Origin: an uncultured delta proteobacterium
Lineage (GTDB): Bacteria; Myxococcota; Myxococcia; SLRQ01
DNA length: 64,000 bases
Direction: 5' to 3'
NCBI GenBank assembly: GCA_963727485.1
Contig: CAVSGM010000011.1
Span: 512,001 to 576,000, forward strand
Positions within the stretch are counted from its first letter, which is position 1, and every line of letters begins with the position of its first letter. The position numbers and the translations under genes are program-made. Of the stretch, positions 34,407-43,228 are shown piece after piece. The notes below the pieces were generated by a model. It did no database searches and was not told where the DNA came from. It worked only from the letters and a program-made list of their open reading frames with translations.

Positions 34407-34757
34407 GTGAGTGACACCCGCGACGAGCTCCCTAGGGGTGACGGAGCGTCGCCGGCGACGGCCGCGGCGGGGCCGGCGAGGTGCGCCCTCTGCGGCGAGC
34501 CGGGTGCCGCCCCGGTCCTCTGCGGAGCGTGCGAGGCGGCCCTCGACGGCGGCGGGGCCCGGCGCCTCTCGCGCAACGCCATGGTCCTCGGGTCCCTGGC
34601 CTGGGCGGTCGCCGCCATGGGCCTGGTGGTCCTCCACTGGAGCCTGTGGCTCGCCGGCGGCCTGGCCCTCATCGGCGCGCTCCCCACCCTGCGCGCGGCG
34701 AACGTCCGCCGCCTCTGGCGCCGGCACCGGACGGAAAAAGAAAGGCCCCCTGGCTAG
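34407..34757 (+). CDS. Small membrane protein with CxxC...CxxC zinc ribbon
   Basis: CALC...CGAC followed by two hydrophobic helices. TAGGCT -10 element 6 nt upstream of GTG. Confidence 0.55.
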   Translation: MSDTRDELPRGDGASPATAAAGPARCALCGEPGAAPVLCGACEAALDGGGARRLSRNAMVLGSLAWAVAAMGLVVLHWSLWLAGGLALIGALPTLRAANVRRLWRRHRTEKERPPG

Positions 34758-34770
34758 TGCCAGGGGGCCT

Positions 34771-34771
<1 letters not shown>
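34734..34771 (-). terminator. Rho-independent terminator of the tRNA operon
   Basis: Perfect stem AAGGCCCCCTGGC/GCCAGGGGGCCTT followed on the minus strand by TCTTTTT. Confidence 0.85.
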
Positions 34772-34845
<74 letters not shown>

Positions 34846-34849
34846 AACG

Positions 34850-34923
34850 TGGCTGGGGAACCAGGATTCGAACCTGGATTAACGGGGCCAGAACCCGTCG
34901 TCCTGCCGTTAGACGATTCCCCA
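34850..34923 (-). tRNA. tRNA-Gln(CTG)
   Basis: Reverse complement TGGGGAATCGTCTAACGGCAGGAC...TTCTGGC...GGTTCGAATCC...GCCA. Confidence 0.97.
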
Positions 34924-34928
34924 ATGAA

Positions 34929-35321
34929 TCATTTGGACACGTGCTTCGGCGTCTTCTTCAACGCTGGGAGGACGTAGAACCGTACCTCGCCGTCGTTGAT
35001 CTCGTAGATGTTGATGCCCGACCATCCCCGATCCCGCCGGTTGCGGAGGTGGATGGCCTTGATGCCGGGCTGATTGACGATCCGGATGCGGGGGAAGCGG
35101 CTCGGGGGGTAGGTCTTCCAGAGCCACCGCATGGTGTCGTCCCAGTTCCAGGGGGAACGGTAACGATGGTCGCCAATCTTGGCCGCGAACTTGGGGAGGG
35201 CGGCGCCGAGATCGTGTCGATATTCAGATGAGAGCGCGTTTGCCGGGGACGGCGTGAGCACCAGCCCCGCGGCCAGCGCGAGGGCGGCTATATAGGCAAA
35301 GGCGTGCCGGCTGTCAATCAT
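34929..35321 (-). CDS. Small exported hypothetical protein
   Basis: Signal peptide (ANA) and a compact aromatic/basic domain. Ends 5 nt before tRNA-Gln. Confidence 0.65.
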   Translation of the reverse strand: MIDSRHAFAYIAALALAAGLVLTPSPANALSSEYRHDLGAALPKFAAKIGDHRYRSPWNWDDTMRWLWKTYPPSRFPRIRIVNQPGIKAIHLRNRRDRGWSGINIYEINDGEVRFYVLPALKKTPKHVSK

Positions 35322-35331
35322 GAGACGTCGG

Positions 35332-35360
35332 AGGCTACGAGCGGGCCGGGGCGGTGTCAA
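35332..35360 (-). promoter_or_regulatory. sigma70-type promoter TTGACA-17-TAGCCT
   Basis: Consensus -35 with 17-nt spacer, 10 nt upstream of ATG 35321. Likely drives the CDS and both tRNAs. Confidence 0.7.
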
Positions 35361-35533
35361 GACGGCCCTCGGGACCCGGGTCCTGGGACACCCGGACCTC
35401 CACGGCGACCCGGCGGGGAGACGGTCCATGGTGCGGCGCAGCAGACAGCAAAGCGGCGCGATTTCCAGGGGTTGACGATCGGGCGGGCCGCGTCGCCGAC
35501 GTCGGTACGGGGGTTGCTCAATACCCCCCTGCC

Positions 35534-36991
35534 ATGCGCTCCCGAACCCCCGCTCTCGTCCTGGTCCTCGCCGCCGTCCTCGCCGCACCGGCGGCCGCCC
35601 ACGCCTACGTCCTGCGCACCGCCCCCGACGGCCACGAGGTGAAGTGGGCGGACCCGACCGCGGTGAACCTGGTCCTCCACCTGCCCCCGGCGGCGGTGAC
35701 CCGCGACGGCCAGGCCTTCCTCGACGCCGAGGCCCGGGCGGTCTCCCACTGGGACGACGTCGCCGGCGCCCACATCGGCGTGACCACCACCGTGGCCACG
35801 GGCCGGGGCGAGCCCGAGGCGGGCTACGACCGCGAGCACCCGTCCCGGAACCAGAACGACGTGTTCTTCGTGACCGGGGACTGGCCCTTCGACCCCGCGG
35901 CCCTCGGGGTCACCGTGGTCACCTACAGCTCGACCACCGACGTCATGCTCGACACCGACATCCTCTTCAACGCCGAGGACCACCACTGGGCGGTCCTCGA
36001 CCACGCCGTGCCCCCGGACCCGGACGGCCACGGCCCCGCCGACGTGGAGTCGGTGGCCACCCACGAGGTGGGCCACGTCCTCGGGCTCATGCACAACACC
36101 GTGGACCCCACGGTCACCATGTACCCCTCGACCGGGTACGGGGAGATCTGGATGCGCAGCCTCGCCGACGACGACATGCAGGGGGCCGTGGCCCTCTACC
36201 CGGCCACCCCGGCGTCCACCGGCGCCCCGGGGACCGACGGCTCCGGCGGCACCGGCGGTCCCGGCGACACCGGGTCCAGCGGCGCCGGTGCGGGCGTCCC
36301 CGCGGCGACCCGGCACCTCGGCGGCTGCAGCGTCGCCGGCGGCTCCGCCGGGGCCCTGCCGTTCCTCCTGGTGCTCCTCGGCCTCGTCCGGCGCCGGGCC
36401 CTCGCCCGGCTGCGGCCGGTCCTCCGCCGCGCCCTCCCGGCCCTCGCCGCCGTCGTGTGCCTCGCCGCCCCCGCCGCCGCCCACGCCAGCCGCTTCCTCC
36501 CCCGCACCCTCGCCCAGGCCACCGCCGCCGCGGACCTGGTGGTCGAGGGCCGGGTCACCGGGACGCACAGCCGGTGGCAGGGCCGCCTCATCGTCACCGA
36601 CGTCCACCTCCAGGTCTCCCGGTGCCTCAAGGGCGCGTGCGGCGACACCATGGACCTGGTGACCCCCGGCGGCCGGGTCGGGGACCTGGTCCAGGCCGTC
36701 GCCGGCATCGCCCCCTACCGGGTGGGCTCGAAGGTCGTGGTGTTCCTGGTGCACCGGCCCATCGGCCTCATCGCCCTGGAGAGCGGCGGGCGCTTCGAGG
36801 AGGTCGTCGACGGCGACGGCCGGCACCTGGCCCTGGCGACCACCGGCGGCTACCGCCTCCTGCCCCTCGCCGACCTGGTGACCCGCATCCGCACCCTGGT
36901 CGCCCACCCGGTGCCGGTCCCGCCCCTGGGCACCCCGCTGGCCCGGCCCGCGGCCGGCACCTCGGTCAGTGGATCCGCCGGAGGGCGATGA
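35534..36991 (+). CDS. Matrixin (metzincin) metalloprotease with internal MYXO-CTERM, fused to a second signal peptide and partner domain
   Basis: HEVGHVLGLMH plus Met-turn TMYP; GGCSVAGG..TM..RRR; then LPALAAVVCLAAPAAAHA and the ADLVVEGRV domain. Confidence 0.85.
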   Translation: MRSRTPALVLVLAAVLAAPAAAHAYVLRTAPDGHEVKWADPTAVNLVLHLPPAAVTRDGQAFLDAEARAVSHWDDVAGAHIGVTTTVATGRGEPEAGYDREHPSRNQNDVFFVTGDWPFDPAALGVTVVTYSSTTDVMLDTDILFNAEDHHWAVLDHAVPPDPDGHGPADVESVATHEVGHVLGLMHNTVDPTVTMYPSTGYGEIWMRSLADDDMQGAVALYPATPASTGAPGTDGSGGTGGPGDTGSSGAGAGVPAATRHLGGCSVAGGSAGALPFLLVLLGLVRRRALARLRPVLRRALPALAAVVCLAAPAAAHASRFLPRTLAQATAAADLVVEGRVTGTHSRWQGRLIVTDVHLQVSRCLKGACGDTMDLVTPGGRVGDLVQAVAGIAPYRVGSKVVVFLVHRPIGLIALESGGRFEEVVDGDGRHLALATTGGYRLLPLADLVTRIRTLVAHPVPVPPLGTPLARPAAGTSVSGSAGGR

Positions 36992-37709
36992 TCAGGTCCA
37001 TGGTGAACGCCACCGAGGCGTGGAGCAGCGCCCCCCACCAGAACGACCGGGTGCGGATCGCCAGCACCGCGAGCGCGATGGCGGCGACGATGGCGCCGAA
37101 GGCCTCGGCCTCGGGCTTGCCCACGTGCATCAGGGCGAAGGGGATGAGGGTCACCCAGATCGCGTGTCCCCGGATCCGCTCGTACATCCCGAAGAGCAGA
37201 AAGCCCCGGAACAGCCACTCCCAGGCGATGAAGTAGAGGACGTAGCCCACCTCGTAGGCCGCGAAGAGCCCCCAGCTCTTCAGGGCGCCCTGGCACAGGG
37301 GGTAGGTGTGCTCGAAGGCCCCGGTGTGGGAGACCAGGGCGACCAGCGGCAGCATCACCAGGAAGAACACGGCGGCGATCCCCAGGCCCACCTTCCAGTC
37401 GCCGAGGCCGACGCCGAAGTCCCGGAGGCGCTCCCCGGGGAGCAGCAGCACCGCCCCCAGGGGGATGAGCCCGTAGAGCACCGCCGAGCTGGCGAACCAG
37501 TAGAGGTAGGGCTGGATCGGCTTGCCCGGGAGCGCGTCGAGGTGGCCGCCGAAGAGGCCGTGGAAGTCCCCGACCTCGCCGTGGTAGCGCGAGGCGAGGA
37601 GCGCCGCGGCGGCGACGATGACGATGACCGCGCTGCCGAGGTCGACGCCCTCGAAGGCCGGGGCCGCCTGGGCCCAGAGCCAACGTCCCAGGCGCCCGAC
37701 CCCGCTCAC
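36966..37709 (-). CDS. CPBP family (type II CAAX/Abi) intramembrane metalloprotease
   Basis: WEWLFRG, FALMH..K, LLH motifs; multiple TM segments; overlaps the gltX stop. Confidence 0.88.
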   Translation of the reverse strand: MSGVGRLGRWLWAQAAPAFEGVDLGSAVIVIVAAAALLASRYHGEVGDFHGLFGGHLDALPGKPIQPYLYWFASSAVLYGLIPLGAVLLLPGERLRDFGVGLGDWKVGLGIAAVFFLVMLPLVALVSHTGAFEHTYPLCQGALKSWGLFAAYEVGYVLYFIAWEWLFRGFLLFGMYERIRGHAIWVTLIPFALMHVGKPEAEAFGAIVAAIALAVLAIRTRSFWWGALLHASVAFTMDLIIALRRIH

Positions 37710-39133
37710 GGGATGTGGGCGATGGCGGCGTCGAGGCGCCGGAGGGCTTCGTCGTAGCCGATGAAGCCCATGGTCTCGAAGAGCCCCGGCGACACCGTGC
37801 CGCCGGTGAGCGCGACCCGGATGGGCTGGGCCACCTTGCCCAGGCCCAGGCCGTTCTCCTCGGCGTAGCGGCGCATCCAGGCCTCGAGGGCCTCGTGGTC
37901 GACCTTGCGGTGGAGCTCGAGCTCACCCTTGACCGCCTGGAGGTGGGCCTTCGTCTCCGGGGTGAGGAACTTCTTCTCGGCCTTGGCCTGGTACTCGGGG
38001 ATCCCCGGCACCAGGTAGGTCCGGGCCATCTGGGCCATCTCCTCGAGGGTCTTGGTCCGGGACTTGAGCGCCCCGGCGATGCCCGCGAGGCGATCGTCGA
38101 CGGGGGCCTCGACCTCCATCCGCCCCAGCTGCCCGGCGAGGAGCGTCGCCAGCTCGGCGTCCGGCGTCTCCATCATCCACTGCTGGTTGAGCCACATCAG
38201 CTTGTCGGGGTTGAACACCGACGCGGTCTTGCCCACCCGGTCGAAGTCGAAGTTCTGAAGGAGCATCTCCCGGGAGAAGATCTCGGTCTTGTCGTCGAAG
38301 GACCAGCCGAGGCGCACCAGGTAGTTCACCAGGGCCCAGGGGAGGTAGCCCGCGTCCCGGTACCAGGTGACGCTCACCGCCCCGTGGCGCTTGGAGAGCC
38401 GCGCCTTGTCGCTGCCCAGGATCATCGGCAGGTGGGCGAACTCGGGGACCGTGAAGCCCAGCGCCTGGTACATCAGGATCTGCCGGGCGGTGTTGTTGAT
38501 GTGGTCGTCGCCCCGGGCCACCAGGTCGATGGCCATGGTGGCGTCGTCGATGACCACCGAGAGGTTGTAGAGGGGCACCCCGTCCATGCGCATGATCACC
38601 TCGTCCTGGAGGGCCGCGTGGGGGGTGGTGATGGGGCCGCGGACCCGGTCGACGAAGGTGGTCTCGCCCTCGGTGGGCATCTTGATGCGCACCACGTAGG
38701 GGAGGTCGGGGTGGTCCTTGCGGTCGCGGCAGGTGCCCGGGTAGCGGAACTGCTTGCCGGCGGCCTGGGCGGCCTTGCGCTGGGCGTCGAGGGACTCCTT
38801 GGTGCAGTAGCAGCGGTAGGCCTTGCCCTCGGCGAGGAGTCGGTCGACGTGCGCCTGGTAGATCCCGAGGCGCTCGGTCTGGAGGTAGGGGCCGTGGTCG
38901 CCGCCGACCTCCGGGCCCTCGTCCCAGTCGAGGCCGAGCCAGCGCATCCCCTCGACGATGGCGTGGATCGACTCCTCGGTGCTCCGGGCCCGGTCGGTGT
39001 CCTCGATGCGCAGCACGAAGGTGCCGCCGAAGCGCCGGGCGTAGAGCCAGTTGAACAGCGCCGTCCGGGCGCCACCGATGTGGAGGTAACCGGTGGGGGA
39101 CGGGGCGAAGCGGACCCTGGGCTTACCACTCAT
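37706..39133 (-). CDS. gltX: Glutamate--tRNA ligase
   Basis: RFAPSPTGYLHIGG, RIEDTD, CYC...C zinc region, LSKRHG. Confidence 0.97.
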   Translation of the reverse strand: MSGKPRVRFAPSPTGYLHIGGARTALFNWLYARRFGGTFVLRIEDTDRARSTEESIHAIVEGMRWLGLDWDEGPEVGGDHGPYLQTERLGIYQAHVDRLLAEGKAYRCYCTKESLDAQRKAAQAAGKQFRYPGTCRDRKDHPDLPYVVRIKMPTEGETTFVDRVRGPITTPHAALQDEVIMRMDGVPLYNLSVVIDDATMAIDLVARGDDHINNTARQILMYQALGFTVPEFAHLPMILGSDKARLSKRHGAVSVTWYRDAGYLPWALVNYLVRLGWSFDDKTEIFSREMLLQNFDFDRVGKTASVFNPDKLMWLNQQWMMETPDAELATLLAGQLGRMEVEAPVDDRLAGIAGALKSRTKTLEEMAQMARTYLVPGIPEYQAKAEKKFLTPETKAHLQAVKGELELHRKVDHEALEAWMRRYAEENGLGLGKVAQPIRVALTGGTVSPGLFETMGFIGYDEALRRLDAAIAHIP

Positions 39134-39211
39134 GATCCGGTGCGATTAGCAGAAGAGCGCCCCCTGCTCCAAGGGGAAACGGTGGTATCGTCGGCTCGAA
39201 CCGGACCCGTC

Positions 39212-39782
39212 ATGCGCCCAACGCCCGTCCGCCTCCTGCTCCTCTGCGCGGCCCTCTCCGTCGCCGCCCCCGTGCGCGCCTCCACCGTGGCGGGCGCCAC
39301 CGTAGAGGATCTCGGCCCGCGCCGCCGGGGCCATCGTCGAGGGCCAGGTCACCCACACCCGTGCGGTGACCGTCGACGACGGCCGGCGGATCCTCACGGT
39401 GGTCACCGTCTCCGTCGCCCGGAGCCTCAAGGGCGGCGCCTTCACCCAGGTCCAGGTGGTGGTCCCCGGGGGCCACGTGGGCAACATCGCCCAGCAGGTC
39501 ACCGGGCTGCCGGCGCTCACCGTGGGCGAGCAGGTGGTCCTCTTCCTCGCCCGGCGCCCCGGCGCCGCCCACCCGGTGCCGCGCTTCGACCTCACCGCCC
39601 TCGGCCTGTCCATCTACCAGGTGCAGGGCACCCGGGCGGTGCGCCACACCCGGGGCCTGGAGGTGGTCACCGGGCCCCTCGACCGGGCCCCGAAGCAGGT
39701 CGCCTCCGACGACCGCCTCGACCTCGCCACCCTCCGGGCCCGGATCCGCGCGGCGCTGAAGTCGCCGGGGCGCGCCCCTTGA
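39212..39782 (+). CDS. Exported small beta-domain protein (partner domain of matrixins; frameshift ~39315)
   Basis: Signal peptide, then AGAIVEGQV..LKG..PGG..G..GEQVVLFL, clearly similar to 36488-36991. Confidence 0.75.
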
Positions 39783-40885
39783 GCCGGCGGCCGTTCCCCC
39801 GGTCGGGCGCCGCCCTCGCCGCCGCCCTCGCCGCCATGGCCCCGGGCCTCGCCCGGGCGTGGACCGTGGAGCACACCGCCTCGGGGGCCGAGGTCCACTG
39901 GACCGCGTTTCCGGTCTCCTACCGGGTCGACCTCGGGGGCGTCGCCCGGGCCGACCGCCGGTGGGTCCTGCGCACCCTCCGCCGGGGCCCCGAGAGCTGG
40001 ACCCTCCCCCAGGCGAGCCCCGCCGCCTTCACCTACGCCGGCACCACCTCCGCCGGCCTCGTCGCCGGCGACGGCCAGACCACCGTCGCCTACGTGGCCC
40101 AGGGGTGGCCCGCGGATCTCGGCGACGGGAGCATCACCGCCGGGGCGACGCTGCTCACCTACGACGACACCACCGGCGAGGTCTCCGAGGCCGACGTGGG
40201 CCTCAACGCCGAGGGCTTCCGCTTCGCCGACGAGACCCCGCGCCCGGACGCCCTGGACCTCTGGTCCATCAGCGCCCACGAGGCCGGGCACGTCCTGGGC
40301 CTCGGCCACGTCTGCGGCGACGCCGGTGCCCCCGCCTGCGACCCGAACGACCCGGCGATGACCGCCGCGCTGATGTACCCGGCGGCGGTCCCCGGGGACA
40401 CCGGCCGCCGGATCCCCAGCGCCGACGACCTCGCGGGCCTCGCGCACCTCTACGGCCCCGGCGACGCCGCGCCTCCGGACGGCGCGGTGGCCGACCGGGC
40501 CTGCCCGGCGGACCCGCTGGTCTTCGTCCCCGCCACCGGGAGCGCCACGCCCACCGCCTTCCAGGTCGTCGACGCCGACACCGGGGCGGTGACGCCCATC
40601 TACTTCAGCGCCGAGGAGGACGGGGACCACCTCGCCGCCGCGGTCCCCGCCGGGCACCTCCTCGACCTGGTGGCCATCGAGGCCTCGGGGAAGGCCCGGA
40701 CCCTCTACGGTGCCCTGTCGCCCCTGGCTCCCTGCGGTGCCGATGGAGGCACGGCGCCGCCTCCGGTCCAGGCGGGCTGCGGGTGCGATCCGGTGCCGGG
40801 ATCCGCCGGGGCGGGGCCAGCGCTGGTGCTCCTCGGCCTCCTGGGCCTCCGGCTTCGGCGCCGCGCGGGAGGCCTGGGCCCGTGA
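39779..40885 (+). CDS. MYXO-CTERM-anchored matrixin metalloprotease
   Basis: Signal peptide, HEAGHVLGLGH, LMYP, C-terminal GCGC..TM..RRR. TTG start overlaps the upstream stop. Confidence 0.82.
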   Translation: MSRRPFPRSGAALAAALAAMAPGLARAWTVEHTASGAEVHWTAFPVSYRVDLGGVARADRRWVLRTLRRGPESWTLPQASPAAFTYAGTTSAGLVAGDGQTTVAYVAQGWPADLGDGSITAGATLLTYDDTTGEVSEADVGLNAEGFRFADETPRPDALDLWSISAHEAGHVLGLGHVCGDAGAPACDPNDPAMTAALMYPAAVPGDTGRRIPSADDLAGLAHLYGPGDAAPPDGAVADRACPADPLVFVPATGSATPTAFQVVDADTGAVTPIYFSAEEDGDHLAAAVPAGHLLDLVAIEASGKARTLYGALSPLAPCGADGGTAPPPVQAGCGCDPVPGSAGAGPALVLLGLLGLRLRRRAGGLGP

Positions 40886-41889
40886 GCCGCCGCCTCCGCC
40901 TCGCCGCCCGCCTCGCGGCCCTCCTCGCCGCCCTGGTCGCCGCCGCCCCGGCGCTGGCCTACGTGCGCTCCGAGGATCCCAAGACCGGCGCCTGCCTCTG
41001 GTGGGGCCAGCGCCACATCACCTACTGGATCGACCAGGACGGCGCCGGCAGCGTCACCGACGGCAGCGACATCGACGCGGTGAAGGCCTCGTTCCAGACC
41101 TGGTCCGACGTGACCTGCAGCGACTTCACCTACGAGTTCGGCGGCCTCACCAACCGCTCCGACGTGGGCTACGACGGCACCAGCACCCACAACCTCAACC
41201 TGGTGGTGTGGCGGGGCGCCCGGTGCACCGACGTGGTCGACCCCAGCGACGCCTGCTGGAACTGCGCCGACTCCGGGGGCCTGTGCTGCGCCGACAAGTA
41301 CCACTGCTGGGAGCACTCCCCGGGGATCATCGGGCTGACCACCACCACCTACAACGTGACCACCGGCCAGCTCTACGACGCGGACATGGAGCTCAACAGC
41401 GCCGACTACCTGTTCACCACCGTCGACAGCCCCCAGTGCGACGACCCCAACAACCCCCCGGCCTGCACCGCCGACGCCGACTGCCAGACCGGCTTCAAGT
41501 GCTTCCACCAGCAGTGCCTCACCCTGGGCTGCGTGCGCACCGACATCCAGAACACCGTCACCCACGAGGCGGGCCACGTGCTCGGGCTCGGCCACACGCC
41601 GGTGGCCGACGCCACCATGTACGCCTCGGCACCCGAGGGCGAGACCAGCAAGCGGTCGCTGGCCACCGACGACATCCAGGGCGTCTGCGACATCTACCCC
41701 ATCGCCAGCCCCACCACGACCTGCCTCGGGGGCACGGTCACCATCGCCCCCGCCTCGGCCACCGACGAGGTCCGCGGCTGCGGCGGCTGCAGCGGCCCCG
41801 GCGCGGCGACGCCGCTGGCCTTCCTCCTCGTCCTCTTCGCCCTGCGACCGCGGCGCCGGGCGGGGAGGTCGCCGACGCCCGGGACATGA
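40882..41889 (+). CDS. MYXO-CTERM-anchored Cys-rich matrixin metalloprotease
   Basis: Signal peptide (ALA-YVR), HEAGHVLGLGH, TMYA, C-terminal GCGGCS..TM..RRR. Confidence 0.87.
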   Translation: MSRRLRLAARLAALLAALVAAAPALAYVRSEDPKTGACLWWGQRHITYWIDQDGAGSVTDGSDIDAVKASFQTWSDVTCSDFTYEFGGLTNRSDVGYDGTSTHNLNLVVWRGARCTDVVDPSDACWNCADSGGLCCADKYHCWEHSPGIIGLTTTTYNVTTGQLYDADMELNSADYLFTTVDSPQCDDPNNPPACTADADCQTGFKCFHQQCLTLGCVRTDIQNTVTHEAGHVLGLGHTPVADATMYASAPEGETSKRSLATDDIQGVCDIYPIASPTTTCLGGTVTIAPASATDEVRGCGGCSGPGAATPLAFLLVLFALRPRRRAGRSPTPGT

Positions 41890-43172
41890 CCGGCACGGCG
41901 CCGCGCCTGTGGGGAGGTGGCGTGGCCCTGGTCCTGGGGGCGGGGCTCGTCGTCGCGATGCTGCCCCGGCCGGCGGAGGCCCACCTGGGCAACGTGCCCC
42001 CGGACCTCGACGCCTGGCTCGCCCGGGGGGAGGCGGTGGTGGTGGCCCACGCGGTGGGGGCGCCGCGGCCCTGCGGGTCGGCGGCCCGACCGGCGGTGCT
42101 CCCGGTGGAGATCGACGCGGTCCTCGACGGCGCGGCGCACCCGGGGCCCACCGAGGTCCTGGTGCCGGCGCGCCCCAAGGTCGACCTGGGGTCGGTGGCG
42201 GCGGTGGTCTCGCTCCGGGACCCGGGGCCCGGCGACGGCGCCGGCTGCGCCCGGATCCCCGACCTGGTCCTCGCGGGCCCTCGGGGGCGACCCCCGGCGC
42301 CCGGGGCCCACGTCGCCGCCTGGCGCCGCTACGTCAAGGCCCTTCGGGCGATGTCGGTGGTGGGGGTCGCCGGGCGCGCGCGCCTCGCGGCCCTCTGGGC
42401 CCGGACCCTCGGGGGGCCCGACCCGGTCCTCTCGGATCACGCGGCGACGCGCCTCATCGAGGCCGCGGACACCGGGCCCCTCCCGGGCGACGTCCGGGCC
42501 CACCTCGCCGATCTCGCCCGGGACCCGAAGGCCCCGGATGCGGCGCGGGCGGTGGGCATCCGCCTCTCCGGGGACGCCCTGGGCGGCGGGGACCTCGGAA
42601 CCCTGGCCGCGGACCCGCGCCTCCCGGTGGCCACCGCCGCGGTGGCCCGCCTCCTCGACGCGCCCCCCGTCGGCAACCGGGCCGCCGCGGCCCGGGCGCA
42701 CCTGGCCCGCGCCCTGGCCGCCCCCCCGCCACCGGGCGCCCGGCGGACCCCCGCCGACCGGATCCGCCACGCCGGCCTCGCCGCCGCCCTCGCCGGCCTC
42801 GGCGACGACTCGGGACGCGGGGCCCTGAACGCGGACCTGGCGAGCCCCCTGTTCCGGGTCCGGGACCTGGCCATCTCGGGCCTCGCCCACCTCGCCCTCC
42901 ATGGGGACCCCGCGGCCCGGGCGGCCCTGGTCGCCCGGCGGCGGGTGGAGCCCGACGCCCGCCTGAAGACCCTCCTGGACCGGGTCCTCGCCCGGATCCC
43001 GGCCCCCAGGGCGCCCACGTCCGGGGCCGCCGCCGCCGACGCCCGGCGCATCGGCCTGCGGATGCTCCTGGTCCTCGTGGGCCTCATGGCCCTCCTGGCC
43101 ATGGCCCTGCTCCCCCTGGCCCTGGATCGGCTCCGGGCCCGGCGGCGTGGATCGCAGCCCGCCCGTCGTTGA
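41886..43172 (+). CDS. Exported, C-terminally anchored protein with HEAT-like repeats
   Basis: Signal peptide, LDAWLARGEAVVVAHA N-terminal domain, HEAT-like helices, C-terminal TM plus RRR. Confidence 0.65.
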   Translation: MTGTAPRLWGGGVALVLGAGLVVAMLPRPAEAHLGNVPPDLDAWLARGEAVVVAHAVGAPRPCGSAARPAVLPVEIDAVLDGAAHPGPTEVLVPARPKVDLGSVAAVVSLRDPGPGDGAGCARIPDLVLAGPRGRPPAPGAHVAAWRRYVKALRAMSVVGVAGRARLAALWARTLGGPDPVLSDHAATRLIEAADTGPLPGDVRAHLADLARDPKAPDAARAVGIRLSGDALGGGDLGTLAADPRLPVATAAVARLLDAPPVGNRAAAARAHLARALAAPPPPGARRTPADRIRHAGLAAALAGLGDDSGRGALNADLASPLFRVRDLAISGLAHLALHGDPAARAALVARRRVEPDARLKTLLDRVLARIPAPRAPTSGAAAADARRIGLRMLLVLVGLMALLAMALLPLALDRLRARRRGSQPARR

Positions 43173-43228
43173 CCCGGTCCCGGGCCCCTGCCTACGATCG
43201 GCGATACCCCTCGTCCCCTGGAACCCAC

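Noticed and set aside
37715..40885. 1056-aa plus-strand ORF and other long antisense ORFs (for example 11139-14018, 24507-27455, 49556-53431)
   Set aside because: Shadow ORFs of high-GC genes, or chance merges of antisense frames with real downstream genes.
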